Positions 9,881 to 20,729 are shown, numbered from the stretch's first letter. The stretch is 64,000 nucleotides of DNA from an uncultured Actinomycetes bacterium (GCA_963733255.1 CAVTCH010000007.1:2347-66346); one strand, 5' to 3'. Made by a program: numbers and translations. Notes: generated by a model from the letters alone, not told the origin.

Positions 9881-10750
9881 TCAGGAGGTCGGCATCCGAA
9901 GTGTTCCGGCGGCCGTCGCCAGCCAGCGCACTAGCACGTCGCGGCCGCCCCCCAGGAGAAGCTGGTGGCCGCCGTCGCCGAGCAGGTGGGCTTCGGCGTG
10001 CGGAAAGAGCGTTACCCAGCGCCGCAAGGCGCTGGGCGGTACCAGACGATCGTCGCTTGCGGCCAGGAGCAGGACCGGCACCGTGTCGTCGAGGCCGGCA
10101 AGAGCCGCGAGCTCGCCGGCCACCTCAGGCTCGCCGAGGAGCGATCGCATGGTCCCGTCGCGGCTTTGCGCGGTCTGGCGCGTGAAGTCGATGACCATGT
10201 CGAGGGGATACCCGCGGGCGAGCCCTACGGGCACGGCGACGGCGGGCACGGCCAGTCGCACCGCGCGGCGGAGAGCCCGTCGAGCCGCATGATGGCGCGC
10301 CTGGTGAGCCCCGGGCCGGGCCAGCCAGGGCGGCGCCTGCGCGGTCGGGAACGGGGCGGCCACAACGGCGAGGCCCGCGGCGCGTTCGCGCCGGCGGGCG
10401 ACCCAGAGCGCGGCGAGCAGGCCACCCAGCGAGTGTCCCGCCACGACGATGTCGCCCGACGGCGCGAAACGTTCGACAACGGCGTCGATGTCGTCGAGGT
10501 GAGCGGCGCGGTCGTACGCCCGGGCCGTCCTGCTCGAACCCCCGAAGCCGGCGAGGTCGGGGGCGACGACGTGATGGCTGTCGGCGACGGCGTCGGCGAG
10601 CGCCTGCCAGTAGCGTCCCGAACCTCCGAGACCGTGGATCAGCAGCAGCGGCGGGCCGTCGCCGGCCTGCCAGACACGCAGGCGCCCCCACGGCCGCGTG
10701 AGGTGGGCGCTGCGCAGGCGCGACCCGTTGGGGGCGAGCGGTGGACTCAT
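9881..10750 (-). CDS. Alpha/beta-fold hydrolase
   Basis: LLLIHGLGGSGRYWQ...VVAGHSLGG (GxSxG nucleophile elbow), followed by downstream Asp/His regions. Confidence 0.8.
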   Translation of the reverse strand: MSPPLAPNGSRLRSAHLTRPWGRLRVWQAGDGPPLLLIHGLGGSGRYWQALADAVADSHHVVAPDLAGFGGSSRTARAYDRAAHLDDIDAVVERFAPSGDIVVAGHSLGGLLAALWVARRRERAAGLAVVAAPFPTAQAPPWLARPGAHQARHHAARRALRRAVRLAVPAVAVPVGLARGYPLDMVIDFTRQTAQSRDGTMRSLLGEPEVAGELAALAGLDDTVPVLLLAASDDRLVPPSALRRWVTLFPHAEAHLLGDGGHQLLLGGGRDVLVRWLATAAGTLRMPTS

Positions 10751-10870
10751 GCTCTCAGCATACTCGCGACTCGCGTGTCGCTGCGGCAGGCATGTCGCGC
10801 CGCGTCGCGCGGCGCCTGGTCTGACGCGTCGCCCGGGCCGGCGCGGGCGCGGGCCGGCCTGCGGCGAGCC

Positions 10871-11293
10871 TTACCGGGCGACGATCACGATGGCCAGCGA
10901 GACGGCCATGATCGCGGCCTGCACGGCGACGCCGATCCTCTTGCCACAGTGGCCGTGGGGGAAGGCGCGCCAGTGGCTCGGGAACCACTTGCGTCCGCGA
11001 CCGCCGGCGGCGACGAAGAAGAGGACGTCGAAGTCGGGTGCACCTGAGATCGGACCCATCAGCACGATCGACCAGGGTGTGCCGGCCGCCAGCAGGACGA
11101 GTAGCGTGGCCAGCGCGGCGAGAAAGTCGAGCCAGCCCCAGGCGAGGGCGTGGGGCTCCTGACCGTAGTCCCAGTGCGGCACCAGGTCGAGGAGCACATG
11201 GGAGGCGATCACGAGCAGCGCCACCTGCCAGAAGGGGCGGTGGACGAGCGAGGCGATGGCGAGGCCGACGTACGTGTGCACGATGACCCACAT
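10871..11293 (-). CDS. Small polytopic membrane protein, YdjM/DUF457-like (membrane-bound metal-dependent hydrolase family)
   Basis: MWVIVHTYVGLAIASLVH...ASHVLLDLVPHWDY: hydrophobic, with a His/Asp-rich HxxxD..PH motif. The family assignment is inferred from memory of the motif. Confidence 0.4.
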   Translation of the reverse strand: MWVIVHTYVGLAIASLVHRPFWQVALLVIASHVLLDLVPHWDYGQEPHALAWGWLDFLAALATLLVLLAAGTPWSIVLMGPISGAPDFDVLFFVAAGGRGRKWFPSHWRAFPHGHCGKRIGVAVQAAIMAVSLAIVIVAR

Positions 11294-11358
11294 CGTGCCA
11301 TCGTATCGCGTGTCGAGCGGCGGGAGGCGGTGGGGTCGCCCGCGCGCCCTGGTGTAGA

Positions 11359-12135
11359 GTGGCCCGTAGGATCGTCCCTTTGAGGCAAAGGCGGGTGCGG
11401 GTGCGCGTCGCTTTGTTCGTCACGTGCGTGGCCGACACGCTTGCGCCGCAGACGGGCCGGGCCGTCGTCCAGGTGCTGGAGCGGCTCGGCGTCGAGGTCG
11501 TCTTTCCGGCTGCGCAGACCTGCTGCGGTCAGATGCACGTCAACAGCGGCCATCGCGACGAGGCGCTCGCGCTGGCGCGACGCTTCGTGGCCGTCTTCGA
11601 CCGCTACGAGGCCGTGGTGTCGCCGTCCTCGTCGTGTGTGGGGGCCGTACGCGAGATCTACCCGGAGCTGGCCCGCGAGGCCGGCGACGCCGGTTTCGAG
11701 CGCGCCACCCGCGCCTTGGGCGAGCGCGTCTTCGAGCTGTCGGAGTTCCTCGTCACGCGTCTCGGCGTCGACGACGTGGGCGCCACGTTCCCGCACTCCG
11801 TGACCTACCATCCGACCTGCCACTCCTTGCGCGTCGCGCGGGTCGGCGACGCTCCGCTGCGTCTGCTGCGCGCCGTGCGCGGGCTCGAGCTGCGCGAGCT
11901 GCCCGAAGCGACCGAATGCTGCGGCTTCGGCGGCACCTTCGCGGTGAAGAACGCCGACACCTCGATCGCCATGCTGACCGACAAATGCCGCAACATCGAG
12001 GCCACCGGCGCCGAGTGCTGCGCCGCGGTCGATCCTTCGTGTCTGCTGCATATCGGTGGCGGGCTCAGCCGGCGGCGCAGCCGCGTGCGCGTGCTGCATC
12101 TGGCCGAGATCCTCGCCGCGACGGGGCCGGCGTGA
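11359..12135 (+). CDS. lutA: Lactate utilization protein A (CCG-domain Fe-S oxidoreductase, YkgE/GlcF-like)
   Basis: Two cysteine-rich CCG motifs (AAQTCCGQMH...SSSCVG and HPTCHSL...ECCGFGGTF...PSCLLHIGG). Gene order lutA-lutB-lutC matches Bacillus lutABC. The start may be the GTG near 11398. Confidence 0.8.
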   Translation: MARRIVPLRQRRVRVRVALFVTCVADTLAPQTGRAVVQVLERLGVEVVFPAAQTCCGQMHVNSGHRDEALALARRFVAVFDRYEAVVSPSSSCVGAVREIYPELAREAGDAGFERATRALGERVFELSEFLVTRLGVDDVGATFPHSVTYHPTCHSLRVARVGDAPLRLLRAVRGLELRELPEATECCGFGGTFAVKNADTSIAMLTDKCRNIEATGAECCAAVDPSCLLHIGGGLSRRRSRVRVLHLAEILAATGPA

Positions 12136-12154
12136 GCGACGACGTGAACGAGAC

Positions 12155-12218
<64 letters not shown>

Positions 12219-12225
12219 CGGCTCG

Positions 12226-13713
<1,488 letters not shown>

Positions 13714-13725
13714 TATGAACGGGGG

Positions 13726-13779
13726 CCTGATGTGAGCGGTGCGCCTGACGTGAGCGGCGGTCCCGACGTGAGCGGCGGT
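13726..13779 (+). repeat. 18-bp tandem repeat x3 (cctga[t/c]gtgagcggcggt) spanning the lutC start region
   Basis: Copies sit at 13726-13743, 13744-13761 and 13762-13779. They are in frame with lutC, encoding (PDVSGG)n, and each copy carries an in-frame GTG. Confidence 0.85.
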
Positions 13780-14436
13780 CCCGGCCCGACTGGGGCTCGC
13801 GAGGCGATCCTGGGGTGGGTCGGCGCGGCGCTGCGCGCCGCGCCGACTCCCGCGCCGGTGACCCGCGAGTACCGGCGCGGCGGGCCGGCCGGCGGCGCCG
13901 CGCTCGTCGCGCTGCTGTGCGAGCGTCTCGTCGACTACAGGGCCGAGGTACGGTGCATCGGCGCCGGCGAGGTCGGCCCCACGATCGCCGACGTCTGCCG
14001 TGATCGTCAGGTCCGCCGGCTCGGCCTGCCGCCCGGGCTGCCCGCCGTCTGGCGACCGGCCGGCGTGGAACTGATCGAAGACGCCGGCCTCACCGCCCGT
14101 GAGCTGGATGCGCTCGACGGCGCCGTCACCGGCTGCACGCTGGCCATCGCCGAGACCGGCACCCTGGTGCTGAGCGCCGGACCCGCCGAGGGACGCCGCG
14201 CCCTGACGCTCGTGCCCGACCTGCACCTCTGCGTGGTCGACGCGAGCCAGGTCTTGTACGACCTGCCGTCGGCCCTGCCTGCCATCGCGGCGCTCGTGCG
14301 CGCCGAACGCCGGCCGGTGACCTTCATCTCGGGCCCCTCGGCCACCTCCGACATAGAGCTCCACCGGGTCGAGGGCGTCCACGGGCCGCGCCGGCTCGTC
14401 GTGCTCATCGTGGCGCCGCCGACCGCTTCGACGTGA
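13732..14436 (+). CDS. lutC: Lactate utilization protein C (LUD-domain, YkgG-like)
   Basis: Third gene of the lutABC arrangement. The C-terminal LUD-like region (GCTLAIAETGTLVLSAGPAEGRRALTLVPDLHLCVV) is present. The N-terminus is the repeat-encoded extension MSGAPDVSGGPDVSGGPGPTG, so the true start could be any of three in-frame GTGs (13732, 13750 or 13768). Confidence 0.7.
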   Translation: MSGAPDVSGGPDVSGGPGPTGAREAILGWVGAALRAAPTPAPVTREYRRGGPAGGAALVALLCERLVDYRAEVRCIGAGEVGPTIADVCRDRQVRRLGLPPGLPAVWRPAGVELIEDAGLTARELDALDGAVTGCTLAIAETGTLVLSAGPAEGRRALTLVPDLHLCVVDASQVLYDLPSALPAIAALVRAERRPVTFISGPSATSDIELHRVEGVHGPRRLVVLIVAPPTAST

Positions 14437-14674
14437 CGTCGCCAAAAGCGTAGCCCCCACTGTATACGTGTGCGGGCGCCGCTGGAGTGTAGCCCGCGCT
14501 CCGTACGTGTCCGGACGCCGAGGGGCGCCGCTAGACACCCACGGACGCCCACCCGAACGACGCCGCTTCCGGAGCCGTTCAGGCGGCTGCTATACTCGCC
14601 GCGATTCATCGTACGGGGCTCTTCGCCGACCGCCTGTGGCCGTCGGCGCGGGCCGTCGCAAAAGGGGGGATGCG

Positions 14675-16645
14675 ATGAACAGGGCCATCGCCTCCGTCAT
14701 TCACCGAGGGGGTACCATGCATCGTCACGTCCGATCGTTCTGGGTCGCGTGCGCCGTGGTCGTAGCGCTGGCGGCGGTGTTCGCGACGAGCGCCACGGCG
14801 GCGCCGGCCGGCCGCGCCAAGCTCAGCGGGAGCGTGCCCAAGTGGGCGCTGCCGTCGGCGCTCAAGGCCGCGGCCGACCCGAGCCAGCGCCTCAGCTTTC
14901 AGGTGTACCTCGGCTGGCGCGACGGCTCGGCCGCCAGGGCGCTGGCGCGCGCCGTCTCCAACCCGGCGAGCGCGCTCTACGGCCACTACCTGAGCCCCGC
15001 GAAGTTCCGCCGCTTGTTCGCTCCCCGCGAGGCCAGCGTCGCCGCGGTGCGTGCCTGGCTTGTGAGCCAGGGCTTCGCCGTCACGGGCGTGCCCGGCAAC
15101 AACCTGTATGTGGCCGCCTCGGGTACCGTGGCGCAGGCCGAGACGGCCTTCGGCGTCCGTCTGAACCAGTACACGACCGACGGCCAGACGCTGCGCGCGC
15201 CGGCGTCGGCCCTGAGCATCCCGGCGTCGCTCGCCGGCACCGTGACCGCCGTCGTCGGTCTCGACCAGAGCAAGGCCCACCCGCAGTCGAGCACCGACAA
15301 CGCGCCGCCGCCGGCAGGGTACCGTAACGCTCAGCCGTGGTCGACCTACTGGGGTCAGAACATCGCGACCGACCTGCCCAAGGGTTACGGTCATTTCCTG
15401 CCGTACGCGCCCCGCGGCTATACGCCGAGCCAGCTTCGCGGAGCCTACGGCGTGACCGATGCCATCCGCCGCGGCAACGACGGCAGCGGTGTCACGGTCG
15501 CGATCATCGACGCGTACGCCGCCCCGACCATCGTCTACGACGTCAATCGCTACTCGCACGACAACGGCGTTCCCGTCTTCAAGCGCGGACAGTTCACGCA
15601 GATCTTAGACCCCGGTCTGGCGACGCAGCCGACGCAGTCCGACGAGTCGGACTGGTACGGCGAAGAGACGCTCGACATCGAGGCCGTCCACTCCATGGCG
15701 CCCGGCGCGAAGATCGTCTTCCTGGGCGCTTTGAACAGCGAGGACGACTCGCTCGACGTGATGATGAACTACGTCGTCGACCATCGCGTGGCCCGCATCG
15801 TGAGCAACTCGTACGGTGAGTACGGCGAGCAGCTATCGCCCGAACTGATCAAGGCGGAGAACTGCATCTACCTGCAGGCGGCCCTCGAAGGGATCGGCGT
15901 CTACTTCTCGTCCGGCGACAACGGTGACGAGTTCGACACGCTCGGCTATCGCTCGGTCGACTGGCCGGCGTCGAGCCCCTGGGTGACCGGGGTGGGCGGC
16001 ACCAGCCTCGGAGTCGGCGCCCGCAACAACTACCTCTTCGAGACCGGCTGGGGCACGAGCCGCAGCGTGCTCGACAACGGGGTCTGGACGCCGGATCTGC
16101 CCGGCGACTGGTGGTATGGCGGCGGCGGCGGCACGAGCGTGCTGTACCTGCAGCCCTGGTACCAGCACAGGGTCGTCCCGGCCAAGATCGCCGACTATTT
16201 CGGTACCGGCAAGCTCTGGCGCACCGCGCCCGACGTGGCCATGGACGGCGACCCGACGACCGGCATGCTGGTCGGCGAGACGCAGACGTTCCCCGACGGC
16301 GTCTACTACGACACCTACCGCATCGGCGGGACCAGCCTCTCGTGTCCGCTGTTCGCGGGCATGATGGCGCTCGCCGACCAGCGGGCGCGCTTCCCGCACG
16401 GGTTCCTGAACCCGGCGCTCTACCGGCTTGCCGGAACCGGCGCGTACCGTGACATCGTCAACCCCAGGACGACGATCGCGGCCGTGCGCAGCGACTTCAG
16501 CGATGGCGTGGACGCCACCGATGGGCTCACCTTCTCGGTGCGCACCATGAACCAGACCGAGTCCCTGCAAACGACGCGCGGCTACGACGACGTGACCGGC
16601 GTCGGCACCCCGAACGGCGAGGCTTTCCTGAACGCCCTCAGGTAG
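14675..16645 (+). CDS. Secreted S53 (sedolisin/kumamolisin-like) serine peptidase with pro-domain
   Basis: The ATG at 14675 follows AAAGGGGGGA and gives a signal peptide (MNRAIASV...VVALAAVFATSATAAPA). There is an N-terminal pro-kumamolisin-like activation domain and a catalytic GGTSLSCPLFAGMMALADQ serine motif. The ORF track starts upstream at 14468. Confidence 0.8.
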   Translation: MNRAIASVIHRGGTMHRHVRSFWVACAVVVALAAVFATSATAAPAGRAKLSGSVPKWALPSALKAAADPSQRLSFQVYLGWRDGSAARALARAVSNPASALYGHYLSPAKFRRLFAPREASVAAVRAWLVSQGFAVTGVPGNNLYVAASGTVAQAETAFGVRLNQYTTDGQTLRAPASALSIPASLAGTVTAVVGLDQSKAHPQSSTDNAPPPAGYRNAQPWSTYWGQNIATDLPKGYGHFLPYAPRGYTPSQLRGAYGVTDAIRRGNDGSGVTVAIIDAYAAPTIVYDVNRYSHDNGVPVFKRGQFTQILDPGLATQPTQSDESDWYGEETLDIEAVHSMAPGAKIVFLGALNSEDDSLDVMMNYVVDHRVARIVSNSYGEYGEQLSPELIKAENCIYLQAALEGIGVYFSSGDNGDEFDTLGYRSVDWPASSPWVTGVGGTSLGVGARNNYLFETGWGTSRSVLDNGVWTPDLPGDWWYGGGGGTSVLYLQPWYQHRVVPAKIADYFGTGKLWRTAPDVAMDGDPTTGMLVGETQTFPDGVYYDTYRIGGTSLSCPLFAGMMALADQRARFPHGFLNPALYRLAGTGAYRDIVNPRTTIAAVRSDFSDGVDATDGLTFSVRTMNQTESLQTTRGYDDVTGVGTPNGEAFLNALR

Positions 16646-16689
16646 GCCGACCAGGCAGGGTCGCGCGGCGACGTCGGTCCCGCGCTCTC

Positions 16690-16737
16690 GGCGGCGGGCG
16701 GCAGGCCCACAGGGCCCGCCGCCCGCCGCCGCTTTGG
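16690..16737 (+). terminator. GC-rich hairpin (about 19-bp stem, ACAG loop) followed by GCTTTGG; putative intrinsic terminator of the peptidase gene
   Basis: ggcggcgggcggcaggccc-acag-gggcccgccgcccgccgcc lies directly after the stop at 16645. The T-tract is weak, as is usual in high-GC genomes. Confidence 0.45.
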
Positions 16738-16856
16738 CGAGGCGCGCCGCCGCGCTGCACGGCACGGTTGCGGGTCTGCGGCCCGCACCCGCGAGCCGCT
16801 ACAATCGGGGCACCGTTGTGAGCGCCGAGTCGTTCGGCCCGAGCCGGGGGGTCTCA

Positions 16857-17645
16857 GTGGAACTGAATCTGACCGGCCGGACGGCGCTGGTGACCGGCGC
16901 CAGTCTCGGGCTCGGTTACGCATGCGCCAAGGAGTTGTCGCGCGAGGGGGCTCGCGTGGTGATCTGCGCGCGCGACGCCGCCCGCCTCGCGGCCGCCGCG
17001 CGGCAGATCTCGGACGAGACCGGGGGAGAGGTGGCGGCCGCAGCGGCCGACCTGACCCGCGGCGACGAGCTTGCCGGCCTCCTGGTCAAAGTGAAGGCGG
17101 CCCTGGGCCACGTAGACATCCTCGTGGTCAGCACCGGGCACCCCGAGAAGGCGCCCTTCTCGCAGGCGACCGACGACCAATGGCGGCAGGGCGTCGACCT
17201 CATACTGCAGCCGGCCGTCACGCTGGCTCGTGGGGTGCTCGCGGAGATGCGGGAGCGCCGCTACGGACGCCTGGTGTTCATCGGCTCGATCTACGGGCTC
17301 GAGCCCGAGCCGGCCTCGGTCGTGCAGAGCACGCTGCGCAGCGGCCTGAACGCCCTGTCGAAGTGCATCGCCACCGAGGCCGCCGCCGACGGTGTGACCG
17401 CCAACGTGATCTGCCCGGGCTACTTCGACACACCGCTCGTCGACGACCTCGCGAGGCGGCGCGCCGCCGAGGCCGGGAGCACGCCGCAGCAGGTCCTCGA
17501 CGAGTGGCGGCACGTCGCGCCCTCGAAGATGCTCGGCCGGCCCGACGACCTGGGCGCTCTGGTCGCCTTTCTGGCTTCGCCGCGCGGCGAGTTCGTGAAC
17601 GGCACCTCGATCGCCATGGACGGGGGTGCCGTCAGGCGCTCCTGA
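16857..17645 (+). CDS. SDR-family short-chain dehydrogenase/reductase
   Basis: LTGRTALVTGASLGLGYACAKELSREGARVVICARD (TGxxxGxG Rossmann motif) and later a YxxxK region. The GTG at 16857 is chosen; the ORF track starts at 16734. Confidence 0.8.
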   Translation: MELNLTGRTALVTGASLGLGYACAKELSREGARVVICARDAARLAAAARQISDETGGEVAAAAADLTRGDELAGLLVKVKAALGHVDILVVSTGHPEKAPFSQATDDQWRQGVDLILQPAVTLARGVLAEMRERRYGRLVFIGSIYGLEPEPASVVQSTLRSGLNALSKCIATEAAADGVTANVICPGYFDTPLVDDLARRRAAEAGSTPQQVLDEWRHVAPSKMLGRPDDLGALVAFLASPRGEFVNGTSIAMDGGAVRRS

Positions 17646-17666
17646 GGTCGGGGCGCGAGCGCCGCG

Positions 17667-18233
17667 TCAGGAGACCGGCAGCTCCACCCGCAGCACGTCG
17701 TTGATCGCCGCCAGGAGCAGTGGCTGCAACTCGTCGGTGGGAACGTTCAGGAACTGCTCGGCCGCGAATCCCAGGACGCCCATCACGAGACCGACAGCGG
17801 CGGCCATGCGCACGCGGTCGTCGAGGGGGATCGTCTCATCTGAGAACAGGGCGCTGACGCGCTCGTGCATGGCGACGTGGTCGGCTTCGGTGTGGGCGTC
17901 GTGCGCCAGGGCGTGAAGCGTGTTCTGGTTGCTCTGGAAGAGTTCGAAGAGCCGGCGCTGCGGCAGCACCCATTCGACGAGGGTCGCGAGGCCCGCGCTC
18001 CAGGCCTCGCGCGTGGGCCGCTGCCCAAGGAGGCTCACGACCAATCCCTGCAGGTCGAGGATCGGCTTGAAGAGCGTGCGCATGATCTCTTCTTTGCTCT
18101 CGAAGTGGTAGTAGAGAGCGGCCTTGGTCACCCCGACCCGCTCGGCGATCTCGCGTAGCGAGGTCTTGTCGTAGCCCTGCTCGATGAACAGGTCGAGGGC
18201 CGCGGCGAGGATGCGATCACGCGTGTCGTTCAT
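17667..18233 (-). CDS. TetR family transcriptional regulator
   Basis: [50 protein letters not shown]. It is divergent from the ABC exporter. Confidence 0.85.
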   Translation of the reverse strand: MNDTRDRILAAALDLFIEQGYDKTSLREIAERVGVTKAALYYHFESKEEIMRTLFKPILDLQGLVVSLLGQRPTREAWSAGLATLVEWVLPQRRLFELFQSNQNTLHALAHDAHTEADHVAMHERVSALFSDETIPLDDRVRMAAAVGLVMGVLGFAAEQFLNVPTDELQPLLLAAINDVLRVELPVS

Positions 18234-18244
18234 CGTTTCCCATC

Positions 18245-18310
18245 TTACTTGACAACCGGTAGACTCTCACTTACCTTACGGTCAGTCAGTATTTACTTAA
18301 CGACCGGTAG
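18245..18310. promoter_or_regulatory. Divergent control region: two 18-bp direct repeats (TTACTTgACaACCGGTAG at 18245-18262 and TTACTTaACgACCGGTAG at 18293-18310) plus a TTGACA-N17-TACCTT promoter
   Basis: The two repeats are 16/18 identical. The first overlaps a -35-like TTGACA (18249-18254), with TACCTT at 18272-18277. The second overlaps the GTG start of the ABC ATPase gene. The region is AT-rich relative to the genome. Confidence 0.45.
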
Positions 18311-19342
18311 GTGATGCCAATGAGCCAGAGTATCATGATCGAGGCCGGAGCGCTGTCAAAGCGTTACGGCGAGACCCAGGCGCTGGACAAGGTCGACCTC
18401 ACGGTGCCCGCGGGCTCGATCCTCGGGGTCCTGGGGCCCAACGGCGCCGGCAAGACGACGGGCGTCCGTATTCTGACGACCCTCACGACGCCCGACAGCG
18501 GCTGGGCGCGGGTGGCCGGCCACGACGTGGTCACCCACGCCGCCGCCGTGCGACGCACCATCGGCGTGACCGGCCAGGACGCCACGCTCGACGACGCCCT
18601 GAGCGGGCGTCAGAACCTGGTCATGGTCGGCCAGCTCAGCCGGCTGCGGCGCGCCGACGCGCGCCGCCGGGCGGCCGAGCTGCTCGGCCAGTTCGAGTTA
18701 GACGATGCGGCCGATCGCGTCGTGAAGGGCTACTCCGGAGGCATGCGCCGGCGCCTCGACCTGGCGGCCAGCCTCGTGATGCGTCCGCCGGTCCTCTTTC
18801 TCGACGAGCCTACCACCGGCCTCGACCCGACCAGCCGGCAGCGCATGTGGGGCGTGATCCGCGACCTGGTCCGCGACGGCGTCACGGTGTGGCTGACCAC
18901 TCAGTATCTGGACGAAGCCGACTCGCTGGCCGACGAGATCGCCGTGATCGACAAAGGACGCGTGATCGCCCAGGGCACGCCGCGCGAGCTCAAGGCGGCC
19001 ACCGGGTCGCAACTTCTCGAGGCCACGCTGACGGCGCCCCACGCCGGCGCCGCGGCGGCCCTGGCTTCCTTTGCCACCGGCGCCGTCAAGGTGTCGGGTG
19101 ACGGCCGCCGGCTCTGGGCGCCCGTGAGCAGCGAGTCGGGCCTCTCCACAGCCGTGCTGCGCGCGTTGGACGAGGCGGGCGTGCTCGTCGACGACATCGC
19201 CATACACCGGCCGTCGCTCGACGACGTGTTCGCCACACTGACCGGAGCTACGCCCGGCGGCGAGGACGCCCTGCTCGCCGGCGATCCCGGCGGTCAGACG
19301 CCGGACCGCAGGGACGACGTCACCAAAGGAGTGCCCGCATGA
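18311..19342 (+). CDS. ABC transporter ATP-binding protein (DrrA-like, ABC-2 exporter)
   Basis: Walker A GPNGAGKTT, signature YSGGMRRRL, Walker B LFLDEPTTGLD. The start is GTG 18311 or ATG 18314/18320. Confidence 0.85.
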   Translation: MMPMSQSIMIEAGALSKRYGETQALDKVDLTVPAGSILGVLGPNGAGKTTGVRILTTLTTPDSGWARVAGHDVVTHAAAVRRTIGVTGQDATLDDALSGRQNLVMVGQLSRLRRADARRRAAELLGQFELDDAADRVVKGYSGGMRRRLDLAASLVMRPPVLFLDEPTTGLDPTSRQRMWGVIRDLVRDGVTVWLTTQYLDEADSLADEIAVIDKGRVIAQGTPRELKAATGSQLLEATLTAPHAGAAAALASFATGAVKVSGDGRRLWAPVSSESGLSTAVLRALDEAGVLVDDIAIHRPSLDDVFATLTGATPGGEDALLAGDPGGQTPDRRDDVTKGVPA

Positions 19343-20193
19343 GTACCGTCAGTGCCGCCCTGCCCGCCAGGACCGGGACGTCGGGGCCGCTCGCCCGCCT
19401 GCGCTCCTGGTGGGGCGACGTCTGGGTCATGACACGGCGCAACCTGATCCACATTCGCCGTGAGCCGATGCAGCTCTCCGACGTGACCATCCAGCCCGTC
19501 CTGTTCACGCTCTTGTTCATCTACGTCTTCGGGTCCGCCATGGTCTTGAAGGGCGGCGGCAGTTACAAGGAGTTCGCCCTCGCCGGCCTGCTGGTCATGA
19601 ACTTGACGACCTCGTCGGTGGGTACCGCCATCGGACTCAGCATGGACCTGACCACCGGCGTCATCGATCGCCTGCGGACGCTGCCCATGTCGCCCACGTC
19701 CATCCTGGTGGGGCGCACCCTGTCGGATCTGTTTGCGGCAGCAGTGTGCACTTCGATCGTGATGGTCACCGGCCTGGCCATCGGCTGGCGTCCCGACGCG
19801 AGCCTTGCGTCGGTGCTGGCCGGCCTCGGCGTCGGCCTGCTGTTCAGCTTCGCACTGTCCTGGGGGAACGCCTGCCTGGGCATGGCCGTCTCCGGCGCGG
19901 AGTCGGCTCAGGGCCTCGTCTTCATCGTCATCTTCCCGCTGGCCTTCGTGTCGAATGTCTTCGTGCCCACCCAGGGCATGCCGTCCTGGTTGGCGACGAT
20001 CGCCAACTGGAACCCCGTCAGCGCGGTGGCCTCGGCGTTGCGGACCCTGTGGGGCAACCCCAACCCGTCGGGCATGATCCAGGCCTGGCCGATGCAGCAT
20101 CCGGTCACGGCCGCCGTGTGCTGGTCGCTGCTCATCCTGGCGGTGTGCGTGCCGCTCGCCGGACACTTCTACCGCAAGCGCACGCGCGATTAG
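19339..20193 (+). CDS. ABC-2 type transporter permease (DrrB-like)
   Basis: Six-TM protein overlapping the ATPase stop (ATGA coupling). Confidence 0.8.
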   Translation: MSTVSAALPARTGTSGPLARLRSWWGDVWVMTRRNLIHIRREPMQLSDVTIQPVLFTLLFIYVFGSAMVLKGGGSYKEFALAGLLVMNLTTSSVGTAIGLSMDLTTGVIDRLRTLPMSPTSILVGRTLSDLFAAAVCTSIVMVTGLAIGWRPDASLASVLAGLGVGLLFSFALSWGNACLGMAVSGAESAQGLVFIVIFPLAFVSNVFVPTQGMPSWLATIANWNPVSAVASALRTLWGNPNPSGMIQAWPMQHPVTAAVCWSLLILAVCVPLAGHFYRKRTRD

Positions 20194-20203
20194 GTAGTCG
20201 ATC

Positions 20204-20254
20204 GAAGCGGCCGGCGCCGTGCTCGCGCAAAGCGAGCACGGCGCCGGCCGCTTC
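20204..20254. terminator. Perfect 23-bp inverted repeat with 5-nt loop between convergent genes
   Basis: gaagcggccggcgccgtgctcgc-gcaaa-gcgagcacggcgccggccgcttc lies between the permease stop (20193) and the ferredoxin-gene stop (20301). There is no T-tract. Confidence 0.45.
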
Positions 20255-20300
20255 GCTGCCCGCTTCGTCTGCCGGAGCGACCGTCGGCGCGCGGCGTCGC

Positions 20301-20729
20301 TCAGGCGGCCAGCGTGATGGCGCTCGCGGGGCAGACCCCGACGCAGCGCCGGCAGCGGACGCATTGTGCGGGGCGCTCGGCCACTGAGCGCCGGCCGCTC
20401 TGGTCCCACGAGAAGACGTTGGCCGGGCAGACCTGCAGACAGCGCCCGCAACCTATGCAGCTCGACTGGTCGACCGCCACGAGCGCTGCCGTCGTGGCGG
20501 TGGAGTTGGGCGTCGCTGCAGGGGTGGGGCCGGCCGTGCTGAGCGCTCGTCCCGCCCGTGCCGCTCGTCCCGCCCGTGCCGCTCGTCCCGCCTGTGCCGC
20601 TCGTTCCGTCCGAACCGGTCGCGGAACCGTTCGTGGCGCCGTTCGCCGTGCCGCCCGTGGTGAGCACGCCGAGTCGGTCGAGCAATCCGCCGCCGAGCAG
20701 GACGGCGCCGAGGCCCGCCGCGGCGCCAA
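20301..20729 (-). CDS. 2x[4Fe-4S] ferredoxin-domain protein; probably the C-terminal part of a longer gene (see 20730-21138)
   Basis: CIGCGRCLQVCPANVF...CVRCRRCVGVCPASAI = two CxxCxxCxxxCP motifs. The N-terminal AARAGRAARAGRAARAG comes from the 18-bp tandem repeat read in this frame. Confidence 0.55.
   Translation of the reverse strand: MAPRRASAPSCSAADCSTDSACSPRAARRTAPRTVPRPVRTERAAQAGRAARAGRAARAGRALSTAGPTPAATPNSTATTAALVAVDQSSCIGCGRCLQVCPANVFSWDQSGRRSVAERPAQCVRCRRCVGVCPASAITLAA
20545..20598 (-). repeat. 18-bp tandem repeat x3 (gctcgtcccgcc[c/t]gtgcc) inside the ferredoxin/DUF4405 locus
   Basis: Copies sit at 20545-20562, 20563-20580 and 20581-20598. Read in the DUF4405 frame it encodes (GTSGTG)n; read in the ferredoxin frame it encodes (AARAGR)n. 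Confidence 0.85.
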
